DNA of 60,000 nucleotides. Origin: Botryllus schlosseri. Lineage: Eukaryota. The stretch lies in contig CM119371.1 in assembly GCA_051294905.1 (NCBI GenBank), positions 15,316,001 to 15,376,000 of the forward strand, in the 5' to 3' direction. The notes under the pieces were generated by a model. The model did no database searches. It had not been told where the DNA came from and was given only the letters and a program-made list of their open reading frames with translations. Within the stretch, counting starts at the first letter, position 1, and each line of letters opens with the position of its first letter. Made by a program: the position numbers and the translations under genes. Below, piece after piece: positions 12,692 to 26,030 of the stretch.

Positions 12692-14346
12692 TTAAACAAA
12701 GTGGGACAATCGACTAACTCCGGGATGGCCAAGTTGAGCATGGATTTCATTTAAATTTTGATCTGAACCGGTTACGGAGCAAATACGAGACAAGGTGTCT
12801 GCAGCGACGTTTTCGATTCCCCGCGCGATGTGAGATGTCATAGTTGAAAGAGCTGAGTTCAAGACGCCATAGGATAGCGCAAGTTTTGTATCCTTGATTT
12901 TGCTGTGATGCTTCTTCTGAAATATGTACGATAAAGCTCTTTGATCTGTAACAAGAAGGAATTTCTGATTGACAAGCAGGTAATTCCACTTCCGAACCGA
13001 TTCAATGATTGCGAGAGCTTCTTTCTCAATAGCGGGGTAGTTCGATTCTGTCTTTGTAAGTGTGCGAGAGAAGAAGGCTACAGGCCGATCACACTGGTTC
13101 AAAACTGCTGCAATGGCGCAGTTTGACGCGTCACACTCAACTGTAAATGGTTGGTCTTCGTAAATGCATCCTAGACAAGAGTCCACTATCTCTTTCTTTA
13201 ATTGACGAAAAGCAGCAATAGCATCAGCTCCCAAAGGAAAATTGGATGAACGAATAAGAGGCCCAATCTTAGCCGAGAAATTGTGAATCCATTTGGAATA
13301 ATATGAAAACATACCGCATATACGTTTCAAACCTTTAGAGTCCGTTGGCGCGGCCATATCCAGGAACGGCTTCATGTGGTCAGGGTCCGGACTTATGTTA
13401 CCATGAGATATTTTGTGCCCAAGCAACTGTATTTCTTCGATTCCAAAACTTGATTTCTCCGTATTGATGGTGAGGTGACAAGCTGTTGCGGAATCTAGAA
13501 ATGCTTTCAAGCGGATATCATGCTCTTCCTTGGTAGCGCCATATATTGTAATATCATCCAAATACGCTACGACACCCTGTAATTGATGCTTTGAAATAAA
13601 CGAATCGATATAACGTTGATAAGCCGCTACTCCATTCGTGACGCCGAACGGTAATCTGCAAAATTGGTAAAGTGAACCGCAAGCGGCGAACGCCGTGAAA
13701 GGTCTGTCCTCAGGGTGTAAGGGGACTTGATGGTAAGCCGATTTCAAATCAACGGCTGAATAGTACTTGCCTTCAGAGACTTCATCGATGACATCTTCTA
13801 TACGTGGCAGTGGATAAACATCCAAATTGGTGTACTTGTTGATGGATACCGAATAGTCAATGACAAGTCTTCGTTTATGCCGCACGTCCCTGGTTACTAG
13901 TGGCTGAGCACGCCAAGGTGAATGACTCGGTTCTATGATACCGTCACTGAGAAGCTTCTGTACTTCGCCTTTAATAAATTCGTTATCTTCTTTGCTATAC
14001 CTTCGAGAAGGAGCGGCAATGGGTTTGTAATCTGGAGTCAAGAATTGGAATATACGAAGCGGTTCATCGACTTCGGAAGTAACAAGTGCCAAGTGAGAGT
14101 TTACGCCTACTGTAAATGGCTCGTTCTTGCCATCTTTGAATTCGAAAATAACCTTCTTGTGCATTCTTATGAAATCTAGTCCGAGGACAAAGTCTGCGCA
14201 TAAATCATCGATTATGCCAAATTGATGAGTGTACTCACGTGACGCCACTATGAATACGACGGTAACGTGTCCTAGCACATCGGTGGCGCATTTGTTGAAG
14301 CCAATATGATATTGTAAGTTGGTCCCCGTGGAAACAAACCTAGTTA
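12692..14346 (-). mobile_element. Ty3/Gypsy LTR retrotransposon pol fragment (protease end, RT, RNase H, start of integrase)
   Basis: RT motifs DLKSAYHQV, RLPFGVTNG, YLDDI; RNase H ECDASN...EKEALAI...VTDQRAL; integrase H-x4-H start (HAQLGHPG); compensating frameshifts near 12820-12890 (WRLELSSFNYDISHRAG in another frame); truncated, and 5' part runs into the gap. Confidence 0.92.
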
Positions 14347-14446
14347 NNNNNNNNNNNNNNNNNNNNNNNNNNNNNNNNNNNNNNNNNNNNNNNNNNNNNN
14401 NNNNNNNNNNNNNNNNNNNNNNNNNNNNNNNNNNNNNNNNNNNNNN
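14347..14446. other. Assembly gap (100 N)
   Basis: Run of N seen directly. Confidence 1.
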
Positions 14447-14654
14447 AACAATTTCATGGGGTTGGCAAAAAAAATTTGAGAAAATTTTTTTTTTGCGTTT
14501 TTGGGCAAATCCAAAATTTTCAAACTCTACGTAACCCGCGAATATTTGTCGGAATGAATTCAAATTTGGTATGCGTCGTTTTTTAAGGCAACCTAACGAT
14601 TTAATCAAGTAACCAGCAAGATTCAGGAAAAAAAGTTATTTTTGAACAGCCCTA
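14447..14654 (-). repeat. Interspersed repeat, inverted copy of ~39605-39806
   Basis: Reverse complement matches gggctgttcaaaa...ccccatgaaattgtt at 39605. Confidence 0.8.
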
Positions 14655-17086
14655 ATGTTCATGGTCGAAAATGTATGTAGACATGAAGAGAGCAAGTAGT
14701 GTCGTGATCATTTTTCTCGGGTTGGCGAATTTGATTCATTCTGTGGCAATAAATTTTGTCAATACTTTCGTATTAGCATTTTACTTTCAGGGCCGCTCAA
14801 AATCCCTGCGCGGGCCGGATCTGGCTCGTGGGCCGTCCCTGCCCTACGGTATTTGGTCGATCGCTATGTTATTGCATGAAAATATACTGTACCGTCCTAG
14901 ATCGATGGAATATATCCGTTTATTCTGCAAATATTTAGTGCATTCGTTTTTTCAAATAGTAGTTTAAATCGAATTGAACTTCTCCGCCATGACTGTTAGC
15001 AAACCCGATTTCAAAGCATTAACGGACTTCTTAGCTTCTGATATCACATGATATTGGATATATTCATTGTGGTATCGTCATGGCCTATAAATACCCGTAT
15101 TCCTCCCATTTCTCATGACAATTTTCGTATTCTCTAGTACGCCAATCGTCTTGCCAGCGCCGCGCTACCAAAGCAGGTTATTATTTGTAGCCCAGCATCC
15201 AAATGGTCTTCAGGACACATGGAGACAATTCGAGGCACTTCTCCCGATACGCGTGAATGCACGACCAACGGTGGCCATATCAAACTGATATCCAACGCAG
15301 CGCATACAAAATAGTAACAGCATAAATTTTTAATTTGACACGTGTTTTCGTACAAGTACGTACTTAGACTCGACCTCTCGTAACGTGGGCTCGCACTTGC
15401 GAACGACTCGGTGGATAAGTGAAATTGATACGAGTCGAAAATTAAGATCAGAGAATAACTTAAAACCTCATGGCTTGGTTACCAACATCCCTGCAACATA
15501 GTCAAATATCAAATTCGTTCAACTAGACACCAACCTAAACTTAGTAACAAGCACAATATTATATTGTAATAATTTGCAGACCTATTTGTGGCTACTATGC
15601 AAATCGAATTCCAGGAAAGGCAGTATAGTTAACTTGTGTGGAAATAACTGTTCTCGAAACAGTCTCTAATTTTATTCAATGACTGTATGGTCAGAGTGGA
15701 TGATTGATGGAATTGGAGCAAATTATATTTAAAGTAGTCAGCGCGAAGTATTCATGCATAACTATAGAAGTTGGGCGGAAAATTTCTACTCAATTACAGG
15801 TAGAAGTATAGTAATCTCGAAGACATTTTCGAGACCACTAATTTTTAATGGGAGTAGAACACGAAGATCTGAAAAGGACTCGATTAAGTCGCATTTCAAA
15901 AAGCAAATGTCGTCGATGTGTCGCTTCAATCGGAGGCGGTCACTATCAAAATTGCGGGATGCAATGACCAACGACACTACAAACGGATGTAATTTTCGAC
16001 AATATATTCAGTTATTCTGGCACATGGGTTACTTTCGATCAGTTTCCAAGATAACTCCAATCATAAGAGTGACGCAAGCATATCTCAAAACTACTTTCTA
16101 TTTTTCGCAATCCCAAGTGTAAAAGTAGTTTTGCCCAGAAAGCAAAGTTAATAAGCATAGAAGTACGATGTGTCCAAAGCCATGACCAATTGAGTAAGTA
16201 GATCAAGTGTGCAAAAGCTACTTGAGTATACTCGGAAAAGTAGAAGCACATAGTTAGTTAGTCACTGACAACCTCTGTGTAAATATGGGAATTGAAATAC
16301 AGTTTGAGACGAATAGAACTGTAGAAGCCGGGTATAGCGCATAGCACACGCTATCTCAAGTCGTATATACAAAAACATAGGCCCGGGAAAATTGGTAGGT
16401 CCACATATTCTGCGAATCTTAGCAGCAATAATTGCATAAATGTAGCAACACAACACGTGAGTTGTTTCCAGCGACGAAATCAATCGATGACCACGTTGTC
16501 GTAAGATTCTCTCGATACAGTTGAAATATTCTGTCCTCTTTCGCGTCGAGATTGTAGGATCTGATATTGAAGGGAAATCGTTACAGCAACCATGCACTTA
16601 CAATTCAGTATACGCGGCCCTATCAAATAGTAAAATAGTCAGTTAGCGGTCAAAGTTTTCAGCGTTACTACTCAAATATAAATAGAAGTAGCAATGGTTT
16701 TTATTGGTCCTCGGCTACTGTGGCCTTGTGCAACAGGTCGAAAGTTTGATTGGAGTACAAGACTTTTCTAAATTATTCGATTCGACAGGAGTGCGAATAC
16801 TATAATAGGCGTTGCAGCAAAAGGGCTGGTAAGAATTTCCGATAATACAATGTTATTAACACCATGGTTTCATACACCTTCGATGATATATTGTTTACTA
16901 GTTTTAGCAGTAAATGTCCCATTGATTCAGGCTGTGCGCACAGGTCACATAATTCATTGTCATGGCATTTAATCCTGTGTAAAATTTTCGTTCAGTCCGC
17001 AATGACCAGTTTGGAGACGGAAGTAGGAATTCTGGAGGCGACCTCGGTCGGACTCGAACACGCAACCAATAAGTTTCGCTGTAGAA

Positions 17087-18152
17087 CAGAGGTCTCAAAC
17101 ACGCGGCCCGCGTCGTCATTTTGGATTCTGAATTATTCGACAATATTTAACTGCCACATATATATTTTCGTAGCTTTGAGAATTGAAAATTCGATTTAAA
17201 ACTTCTCCAAAACCCTCAAATTACTCATCAAATTTCACTATCACATCACTTTCTAAGGTTACTATGAGGGGCAAGATCAGCTTACACGTAATATTACCTG
17301 TTTATGATGGTAAAAAATGACCCGCTGATGATTCGTGAATGAAAATTGTGATTTTCACTAAGGGCGCGACCTTTTGAATAATTACTCGAACTCGGAGTGA
17401 ATGGGTGATAAAATGAAAATGACTCGACTTTAGTCGGGTCGAACTTTACAATCAGAGTATGACTTACGACTCGGAACGCTGTGACTTGGTACGACCACGA
17501 ACGCAACAAACTATCAGACTATGGGAAATAATATTATATCAAAAGGTCGTAGCTTGCGTTGCGTAGCGCATATAGCTATCTAAGCAGGTCAAAATGACAA
17601 TGGCAATCGTTAGCATTCTATTGCCCCCTTGGTGTATAGGTATGGTTACATCCTGTGCCATCTTGGGTCTGTTTATCCATGTTTTTATCGCCAATTAAAG
17701 GTGGCGAGTGAGGTAGTGGTATGCTTCATCGTTGAAACAGTAATGGGTTGCTCGACAATTGGACGGTTTTACAACTATGGGACATTATTCATTATATGCA
17801 CGTTGTTATTTATCAGTTCCGATATTGGAAGGGAAATCTAACTTCGATGCATGCACGTTATGATGCATTGTACACTAGCAAGGTGTCTGTAACTAATTAT
17901 TTTGATAAACTGTGCTAAGTGCAACAGGAAATTTATTCAAATATTTAGAAATGTGATATTTTTCTTGCCTGTCGTGAATTCACAATAGTAAATCACATTC
18001 CCACGATGTTTGTGGAATGCCAATCTACAAGGTCACGTCCAATATGCTTTCATGAAAATACATTAAATACCCCTGTTATTGGTGCTGCGGACTGCGAAGC
18101 TATGAAAAACTAGGAAATTGGCCCGCGAGCATATTTGAGTTCGAGACCTCTG
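17087..18152. mobile_element. hAT (Buster-type) non-autonomous element inserted in a minus-strand SINE head
   Basis: TIRs CAGAGGTCTCAAAC / GTTCGAGACCTCTG; perfect TSD ctgtagaa; rejoined flanks give a tRNA-like head (gtagcggtatacg...gttcgagtcc) homologous to 57320-57400. Confidence 0.88.
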
Positions 18153-18192
18153 CTGTAGAACGTATACCGCTACGATATCACGTCGCACGAAC

Positions 18193-18398
18193 CTATGGAC
18201 AGGACATGGACATACTAACATCGTTACTTACCCCGTAAACGTCATACGACCCTTTCTGTCTCTCTTGTTGTCTTTTCCGGCAACAGCATACGATAATGAC
18301 GACGATAATAATAACCAGAAATAGGACAACAAGCACAATCAACGCAATCACCCATGCGCTGAGAGACTGTGCCTGAGCGATCGCCGGCGCAGCAGGAT
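18193..18398 (-). CDS. Terminal exon of a type-I membrane protein: TM helix and short cytoplasmic tail
   Basis: Acceptor tttcattgcag, phase 1; PAAPAIAQAQSLSAWVIALIVLVVLFLVIIIVVIIVCCCRKRQQERQKGSYDVYG...*. Confidence 0.8.
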
Positions 18399-19001
18399 CT
18401 GCAATGAAACAATGAAGTTTGACATCATGTGGCCAATAGGACGGAACGCGTATAGTTTTACGCAGTTTGGATGAAATCCTGTTCGATAAAATGAAGACCT
18501 GATCCAATTCGGATACTGTCTCCGTCTCTAAAGTGACGACATGGATCCGAAAATATCATGAAGCGGTTGAGTAGGCTATCTATCGCCCTGTCGTCGATAA
18601 AATTTATTTAATTTGTGACACCCTGGTAATTGATTGGTAACCGTCCGGCACATAACGACGTCCTTGTATTAAGTAGTTCACGCCGAATCGGTGGTGTTAC
18701 AAATATAATAGTACATTCATAGTGAAATATAACCGAATATTTTCGGATGAAACTCGTCACAGAATTAAATATCAACAGTCGCATCACCAATTCATTTAAC
18801 GAAGACAATGACTGAAGTTTGTCATTAAGAATGAAACGTGTTTCTGTATAATTTACAAATGTCCCATTAGTATTATTTGTTTTGTATATGCCGTTGTCGT
18901 TTTATCAATTTTTGTTGGTACTATTGCACGGTATACTTCAAATTCTGTCGTTGCCATATTTACAATGCGAATTTTGTGTTTTGTAGGTTTATCGGTTACG
19001 T

Positions 19002-19578
19002 CGGAGGTCTCAAACTCAAATGTGCTCGCGGGCCAATTTCCTACTTTTTGACGGCACCGCGGGACGCAGCACCAATAATAGGGGAGTTCAACGACCTTTT
19101 GATATTTTGCTATTTTCAATACCAGTTTGATAGTTTGTTTCTTCGTGGTTGTACCAAGCCACGGCGTTTCACGTCACAGAAGTCGATCTCTGATTGTATC
19201 CTTTGACGCGACTCATCAGCCCGAGTCATTTTTAATTTATCACCGATTGAGTTCGAGTAATTTTACAAAAGGTTATGCTCAAGTCCAAATCACAAATTTC
19301 AGTACGAATAAGGAACGGGCCATGCAACTCATGTTTAACCATCATAAACAAGTAATGTCACGTAATAGATAATCTTCCGCTGCGTCGTAACTTTACAGGT
19401 GATGTAATAGTGAAGTTTGATGAGTAAAGTTGCTGGCTTCTGGAGTAGTTTTAGAGCGAATTTTAGGTTCTCAAATTAAAACAAATTGTTAGTTAAATAT
19501 TGTCGGATACTTCGAAATCCAAAATGCAGTCGCGGGCCGTACAAAATGGTCTCGCGGGTCGCGTGTTTGAGACCTCTG
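19002..19578. mobile_element. hAT MITE, same family as 17087-18152 in opposite orientation; intronic
   Basis: TIRs CGGAGGTCTCAAAC / GTTTGAGACCTCTG; TSD ggttacgt / ggttactt. Confidence 0.82.
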
Positions 19579-19944
19579 GGTTACTTCATACTGTACCGTA
19601 TTGGTTTTACTTTTGAATCCGTTTGAATCCCTTTACTGTGGCGATAACTCTGGAACAGATCCACCCGGAAATTCTTCAAGTGATACTTAATGTAGGCCTA
19701 CTATTACCATGGCTATTCTGATGAAAGCAATCTTCAGTTTTGTACCACGAAGCAGTTATTCAAGCATTAAGCATCAGATGTAGTATAGGCTAAATCTACT
19801 TCAGTGCCCCCCAAGGCGTACTTTGTTACTGATCACCTCTGATTGCGTTCCTATTCAAATCGGCTGTGATTCAATGTCGCCCGTACATAGGCCTACTTTG
19901 GCAACCTACTTGGCTACAACGAAGTACATGTGACGATATCTTAC

Positions 19945-20075
19945 ATTTTCCGTGATGACACCACGCCGTTGTATCATTGGACGGCACGTAGCAACACCCA
20001 CGTTGCAGACAAGCCGCTATTGGCATAGCGCTCCATCCGCATTGTATGCGTATATTGTAGGTAGACGCATATTAG
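19945..20075 (-). CDS. Trefoil (P-type) domain exon, apparently 1 nt short (frameshift)
   Basis: RIQCGWSAMPIAACLQRGCCYVPSNDTTAWCHHGK matches the trefoil pattern R-x2-CG-x7-C-x3-CC-x8-WC; acceptor ccacag, donor T|gtaaga; 131 nt between two phase-1 junctions. Confidence 0.75.
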
Positions 20076-20128
20076 CTGTGGCAACTGATACTTTTCATGT
20101 TATCAATGGACAGAAAGAGTGTAGTTAC

Positions 20129-20277
20129 CAGAGTAGGTCCACTCGAATGTGTTACAGTATTGCCCTTTACAGCAAAAGTGGCACACCGCCCCGATCTCTC
20201 CAGGCTTGCAAGCCTTATCATTGGATGCCACGTATTTCTCACAATCAGATTCGCTCATGCAACCTCTCGAATGAAGC
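20129..20277 (-). CDS. Ly6/uPAR (three-finger) domain, second exon
   Basis: LHSRGCMSESDCEKYVASNDKACKPGEIGAVCHFCCKGQYCNTF with the CC-x4-CN hallmark; acceptor attcag (phase 2), donor G|gtaact (phase 1). Confidence 0.8.
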
Positions 20278-21214
20278 CTGAATATGTCGAACAAATTACG
20301 AAATAGTTTACCATTCGGTTTTGCTGATAGCTAGAAGAGTTACTCTCGTGATCAATGTATTGACGTTTTAACTAGTAGGTCTTTAGTGTTTCGTGTTTTA
20401 ATTTCATGGCTGATGAGAATTGTTAACCCACTTAAAGGTGACCAGTGACCAGTAACGAAGTACTTCTAATTTATTCGATACTCGAGTGGTTATGCTTTGA
20501 GACTACTAACACCTCTATTCGAAGAGTTTTTCTTTTGGCAAAACTACTTACTATCGACACTTTAGATTTTATAAAGTAGAAATTAGTTTTGGAATAAGCT
20601 TGCAACACTTTTACGAACGGAATTTTCATGACAACTCGGCGTCATCCCTACCGTGCCAAGGTAACATTATGTAATATCGTAGCGTGTCTGATCATCCTGA
20701 TTCCTTTCATGTTATCCATTCTCAAACACAGTGTGCATGCCTCTTATTTATACACGGTGTAGACCACGAGGTGTCTGAATAAAAGACTGCTCCAAGTCGT
20801 TATAGCACCACTTCTTTATCTTCTCCTTATATTACGATATTATGGTGTATTGATTTGATATAAAAAGTTATTGAAATGGCGGTAGAGGGAAAGATAGGCT
20901 ACATCTTGCAATTCCGATTAACTGTTAAAAGTATGCAACCAACTACCAAATCTACTTTTAAGATATAGACGTGCTCGAGAACATTTCAGATCACCATTTT
21001 CTACTACATGAAGTATAGTTGGGCGTGGCTTCGATATTGCTAATTTTATCGAAGCATATACTTGTCGTAGAGTAGAAATTTGTCGCGTGACTTCTACTTC
21101 GACTTGAGCAACATTTCGCACTTCGTCATGAAAAAACAACACGGGTGAATAACTTTACTCTTCAAAATATTTGCGCCAATCGCGTACTGACACGACGAAC
21201 CATATGTATAATAC

Positions 21215-21332
21215 CGTTCCGAAGTGTTCGCGAAGTATTCAGCTTGCGTGAAGCACCAGTCACCGGAATTAGGACATGTCTTCAAGTAATTTTCAGCTTC
21301 GAAATACCTGTCGGTCTTCCAGCACTTTGCCC
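21215..21332 (-). CDS. Ly6/uPAR domain, first exon
   Basis: AKCWKTDRYFEAENYLKTCPNSGDWCFTQAEYFANTSER; acceptor cattccag (phase 1), donor CG|gtatta (phase 2), in frame with the next exon. Confidence 0.72.
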
Positions 21333-21367
21333 CTGGAATGGAATTGCAGGAATTACTTACTTATCCC

Positions 21368-21537
21368 TATCAGAATTCCTACCTAAGTGCTGGAGGTTTA
21401 TCTGGGTCCCTCCTTGCCACCTCATCCGTTTAAGCGGTGTCTTATAACTGCCCAAAAGTGGGCAGTGCCACATGTCGGCCTGGTGTAAATGACCAAATGA
21501 CCATATTAGTCGACAAACCATGAATTACCACAAATAA
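21368..21537 (+). mobile_element. 5'-truncated SINE (family A) with TSD
   Basis: Core ggaggtttatctggg...aagcggtgtcttata and tail gtaaatgacc...gtcgacaaaccatga; flanked by direct repeat acttacttatcc. Confidence 0.75.
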
Positions 21538-22731
21538 ACTTACTTATCCGCATGCAGGTTGTCAGATCGATATCCTCCATACACGATGTGCCTCACAATT
21601 ATATTTCAGCGGAATGCCACTTTTATTGAACATTGCTTAAGAAAAATGACTTAATTATTGCTATTAGGATTTGGAAAGTAGAAGGTATACCTTTGGATAG
21701 GTTTGAATCTCTCTCAAAAGTGACATTACCACAAGAATGTCATGAAATAGCCGATATATCACGGCATCAGAATATACTTGGAAGATTCAATCTATATTTG
21801 TACTGCCACTAATGATTTTACGTTATCCGTGCAGATGCAACCTGTAATTCCGAAAGTACCCATCTCCGATTAACAGCTAAATGTAGTATTTTACATATTA
21901 TAAATTATTATATATGCAAATCCTGGTGATTTTCAGGCCAATCATTTTTTACTCCCACTCGAAGTAATGTTGACACGTCTTGGAAATAGCTACTTTTAAC
22001 GGAGTTAACATTTTCTATTTGATTAGCATCGCTGACCATTTTAACTATATCTCTGTATAAAGATCAGTTGTTCTTGAGCGTTAGTAACCAGCAGAACACT
22101 TACGTTAATCTACAAGCCTTCGCGGAACCCCACATTTCCATGAATACAAGAACCACCACCATACACGTCTTACTAGACATCTAATACATTACCCTAGATA
22201 ACTGGTGTACAAAATGAACTGTGCAACAACAGACTCTGTTTAAAGAACGAGACCATTAAAATATAAAACATTATAATGAATATCAATGTGACTTCTGCTG
22301 TCCCCATTCAGAAAGCAGTTCACAAATGCGAGATTTCACTTGGAAAGTATCATTGTATTGGTCGACCGAAACGTAACAGCGTAATGCCAGTTGCTTAATT
22401 GGATTGCTTGTAAATATTGGGGATAGAATTGGCATTTCAGAAGGTCGTTTCGGTTTCGAACCCTAACCTCCCGCGTATACCACTTCCACTACATACGACG
22501 TATACCACAACAGTCAATATTATATAACTGATCGTGCCTAATTGCCTGCAACTAACGATGGCCAAGACTGTCGTGTCATATATGCATCATACAAATCATG
22601 TCTATGAGTTGAGTGTGTGACTTGACCTTCACGGAACACCAGGGATAAGAAGCATCGATAGTTGAATGCTTCCAAAACATCGGCACGATAACTTCACGTG
22701 GGATGTCTTCACCCAATCTTATTTCACAGAC

Positions 22732-22879
22732 CTGTTGTTGATGGTGTCGCAAGTGTTGAGGCCTCGACAGCCTGCGCCTCACTGAAAACTCCGCCGTGAT
22801 ATGATCTCACCCGGAAAAGGTACGAAGTTCCAGATTCCAGCGAACCAACCTCGATCTGGTAATTAGATGTGATGTATCG
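22732..22879 (-). CDS. Fibronectin type III domain, second exon
   Basis: RYITSNYQIEVGSLESGTSYLFRVRSYHGGVFSEAQAVEASTLATPSTT (L-x2-G-x2-Y-x-F-x-V); acceptor gctttag (phase 0), donor G|gtctgt (phase 1). Confidence 0.78.
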
Positions 22880-23307
22880 CTAAAGCATCGTTTCTGTCCG
22901 CTACGAATATGTGGCTTCACTGGATTGGAACTAGGACTAACAGTCAGGGGTGGCCAGTATCGAAGTAGCCTAAATCCTATTTGCGATGTAGGCCTACTCA
23001 AGTATGTTATGTACAATTTCGCTACTTAGCCTACTGAAGCAGTTTCGTGTTGATTATACTGCCACTTCTAATTCAACAACAGTTTTCGCAGCAAATTTAA
23101 TTACTTTTTACATTTTATGCATCATGAAATTGTCACGACATCTGGGCGATGCAGAAGGTGAATGATCGTAGCAAATATATTTTGAAATGTCCCCCTACTT
23201 GTTGAGTCCAGTCCTAGTATCGAGTTGAACAGTCGAATACAAGTAGGTCACACGCAGTAAAAGAGGACCGGAAGAATTGTATGTAAGTAGGCCTACACTC
23301 TTTATGT

Positions 23308-23612
23308 CAGTGGTTCTCAATCTTTTTTAGACACGCCCCCCTTTATGATAGTGAAAAATTTCGCGCCCCCCTTATCGTCATATCACAAAATCTAACCGGG
23401 ATGGTAGCAACCCCAACAGATTGTTTGATGGCCCGGAGGGTTATGATGTTGATGAGAGAATTAAAAACTATGAAATTAGGTCTATATATAGAAAAACAGC
23501 GCGAATTGGAGGTAAATCGCGCAGAACATTTTTTCAGTTGACCGCTTCTTCGCGCCCACTTCAGATGCTTTCACGCGTCCTAAGGGGGCGCCCCCCAGGT
23601 TGAGAACCACTG
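23308..23612. mobile_element. hAT (Buster-type) MITE
   Basis: TIRs CAGTGGTTCTCAA / TTGAGAACCACTG; perfect TSD ctttatgt. Confidence 0.9.
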
Positions 23613-23689
23613 CTTTATGTGATTACAACAGAAAGACGCTGTTACAGCCATTCGTAAACAATTTAATTAAAATGGCTCAGGTATAGTCT

Positions 23690-24218
23690 TAGGGCTGGGC
23701 AAAATCGAGTACCTGAGTGATTCGATTCTGAATCACGTAAAATGCTTCGAGTCGAGTCGAGTAATCGAGTATCACTCATTATGACGTCATAGCAGAATAA
23801 TATTTGTCAGAGTTCAAATATGTACCTTATAAGCGACCGCAAAGAATAGAATGCCTGTTATCCATCATATTAAGGATATTTTTTCGACCATACCGATTTC
23901 ATTGCACTTGGTGACATATTGTGGGATGATCATGACTTCGGAAATGTGCTATTTCCAGTAACGTTCGTAGCTTTATACTTCATGTTTAGTATGCTACGAT
24001 ACGCCGGGATACGGCCAATCAAAGTTTCAAAGTTTCAACAGTGAAATTAGCATAAACTCGTTAATCGTTGATAAACTCCTCGTTGATAAATAAACTTTCA
24101 GTGGTGAGGAGCGCATATTTTCAGTACTCGAAAAAATCGTCTTTTACCACTCGACTCGAATCATTATAATTAATACTCGATTCAGATTCGAGTACTCGAA
24201 TCATTGTGCCCAGCCCTA
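23690..24218. mobile_element. TIR MITE (TAGGGCTGGGCA family) with short TSD
   Basis: TIRs TAGGGCTGGGCA / TGCCCAGCCCTA; ACTCGA repeats; 4-5 bp flanking duplication (a)gtct; inverted relative at 53091-53734. Confidence 0.85.
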
Positions 24219-24404
24219 GTCTCAAGGTGGGATATAAGCGTCTGTACGGCAAAAAATCCTAGGCGGAAGGGTCATAACTTCGGCATTGGAAAATACCCAC
24301 TCCAGCTACTCGATTATAATCGTTGCGGTCAATACTCCATTCTTGAAACCGTTACGAAGTTCCATCAAATCTTTAGTGATTGGCTTTCTCGCAACTGTGT
24401 AGTA

Positions 24405-25990
24405 CAAGGGTCGGCAACCTACGGCCCGCGGGCCGGATCCGGCCCGCCAAGGGAAATCGTCAGGCCCGCGGCATAATAATTAGTTATCACAAGAATACGG
24501 CCCGCCGTTTCATAATGAATTTCAATCTGCAGTGCAGCGCTGCATGACAAAGTGCGGCATTGCTACGATATAATAGTAGCCTACATCGTATTAGTCTATT
24601 GTTACGCCATAAAACGAAGGTGGTTGAAGTAGGAGATGGAGATAGACTAGACTGGATCGGTGCTTATCAATCGGGTGTATCTCGCAACCGAAGGTGTTCC
24701 ATACTTTTTTTAAAGGGTTTACCATTCTAACGGGGTGTAACAATAAAGGTGTTCTTCCTTTGCTTCAAAAACGCTTGGAACATCTCAGACGCAATGACGG
24801 AATCTCAAACTGTTCAATTATAGATAACTAGCCTCCGTGTGTTAGTTAGCCTGTCTATGGTTTAATTTTCCAGAAGGCATTGTGTGCCAAGACAAAAAAC
24901 CTGAATAGTGTTTTGGCCACAATGGCGAAAACTGTTCATATGATATTAGTCTCATTGACTGAATCATTTACGCCAGATATTACTAGAAGCAGAGAATCAA
25001 TATGGCGATGTCATGTAGGCCTATATCTGTCATGTTCGCTCATTAAGTCGAGCAGCTATGCTTGCACGAGTGAATGAACTGAGAAATGGAATAACAACTT
25101 TCCTCGAAAACACAAATATCGCCGACTCATAATCTTGTAATCGAAAATGGGTATCTCATCTTGCTATCCTGGTACATTTAACGTCACATCTGAACAAATT
25201 GAATTTGCAACTTCAGACGGGAAAACAACTAAATACATGAGATGTTGAGGCGCATTCAAAACAAATCTGTGACTCTGGAAATGTCAACAGTACAAAGAAA
25301 ATTATGCTCACTTTCCTATACTGGAGGAGAGAAAACCTAGTACCAACACCACATTTGTAACTGTGATACGAAATTTAACTACTGAATATTCACCCGCTTT
25401 TCCGACATTCCTTCTCTACAAAATGAATTCTGACTGTTCAGTACTCTGTTTAATGTGGACGCCAATACCATTGCCTGAAAATTTCAAATGGGCCTTTCTG
25501 AAATGCGATGCAGTTGAATTGAATGACAAATTTCATACAAGGAGCATATAGCTGCATGACTTTGACAAAGAGTACGTTCTTGAAATTGGTCTTTATCCCA
25601 GCTTGACCAGCAATGCAAAAGAAATTGCATCGATTTTTTGAAGCACGTACGCATGTGAACAATAGTTTTGAACAATGAAATTCACGAAGAGCAAGCTAAA
25701 ATCACGTATTTCAGACGTCCATTTTGAATAGGGTCTGATTCTTGTTTCATCTGACTTGTTACCAGAAGTTGAAAACCTTTCACAAAACAAGCTGCGTCAA
25801 TTGTCACAATTATTCTGTGTTGTTGAAGTCTAAATACATGTGTCTCCTGATTGGTATGATTGAGATTGCAGCAATGTAGGATATTATACCTAAGTGAGCG
25901 TAAAATATAGTACTAGGAAAAATTCCGGCCCGCCAAAAAGTTGTTCACCTGAAATTTGGCCCGCGACTAGCAAAAGGTTGCCGACCCCTG
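24405..25990 (+). mobile_element. hAT Buster/SPIN-like element with degenerate transposase (GTF2IRD2-like)
   Basis: TIRs CAAGGGTCGGCAACCT / AGGTTGCCGACCCCTG; perfect TSD gtgtagta; relics ALCAK..., SHLNKLNLQLQ, STYACEQ.F.TMKFTKSKLKSRISDVHF. Confidence 0.9.
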
Positions 25991-26030
25991 GTGTAGTAGC
26001 AAATCCACATTATAGGCTATGCCTACTCAC

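Noticed and set aside
12692..14608. 638-aa ORF as a single protein
   Set aside because: It reads through 100 Ns; the N-terminal 54 aa come from an unrelated repeat also present at 39605-39806.
15700..16620. Possible decayed multi-TM or LINE coding region
   Set aside because: Hydrophobic fragments only, no consistent frame or recognisable motif.
22104..22180. Signal-peptide-like exon MSSKTCMVVVLVFMEMWGSAKACRL ending in a gtaagt donor, as an alternative first exon of the receptor
   Set aside because: It ends in phase 2 while the LU exon starts in phase 1, and I found no bridging exon; unsupported without RNA data.
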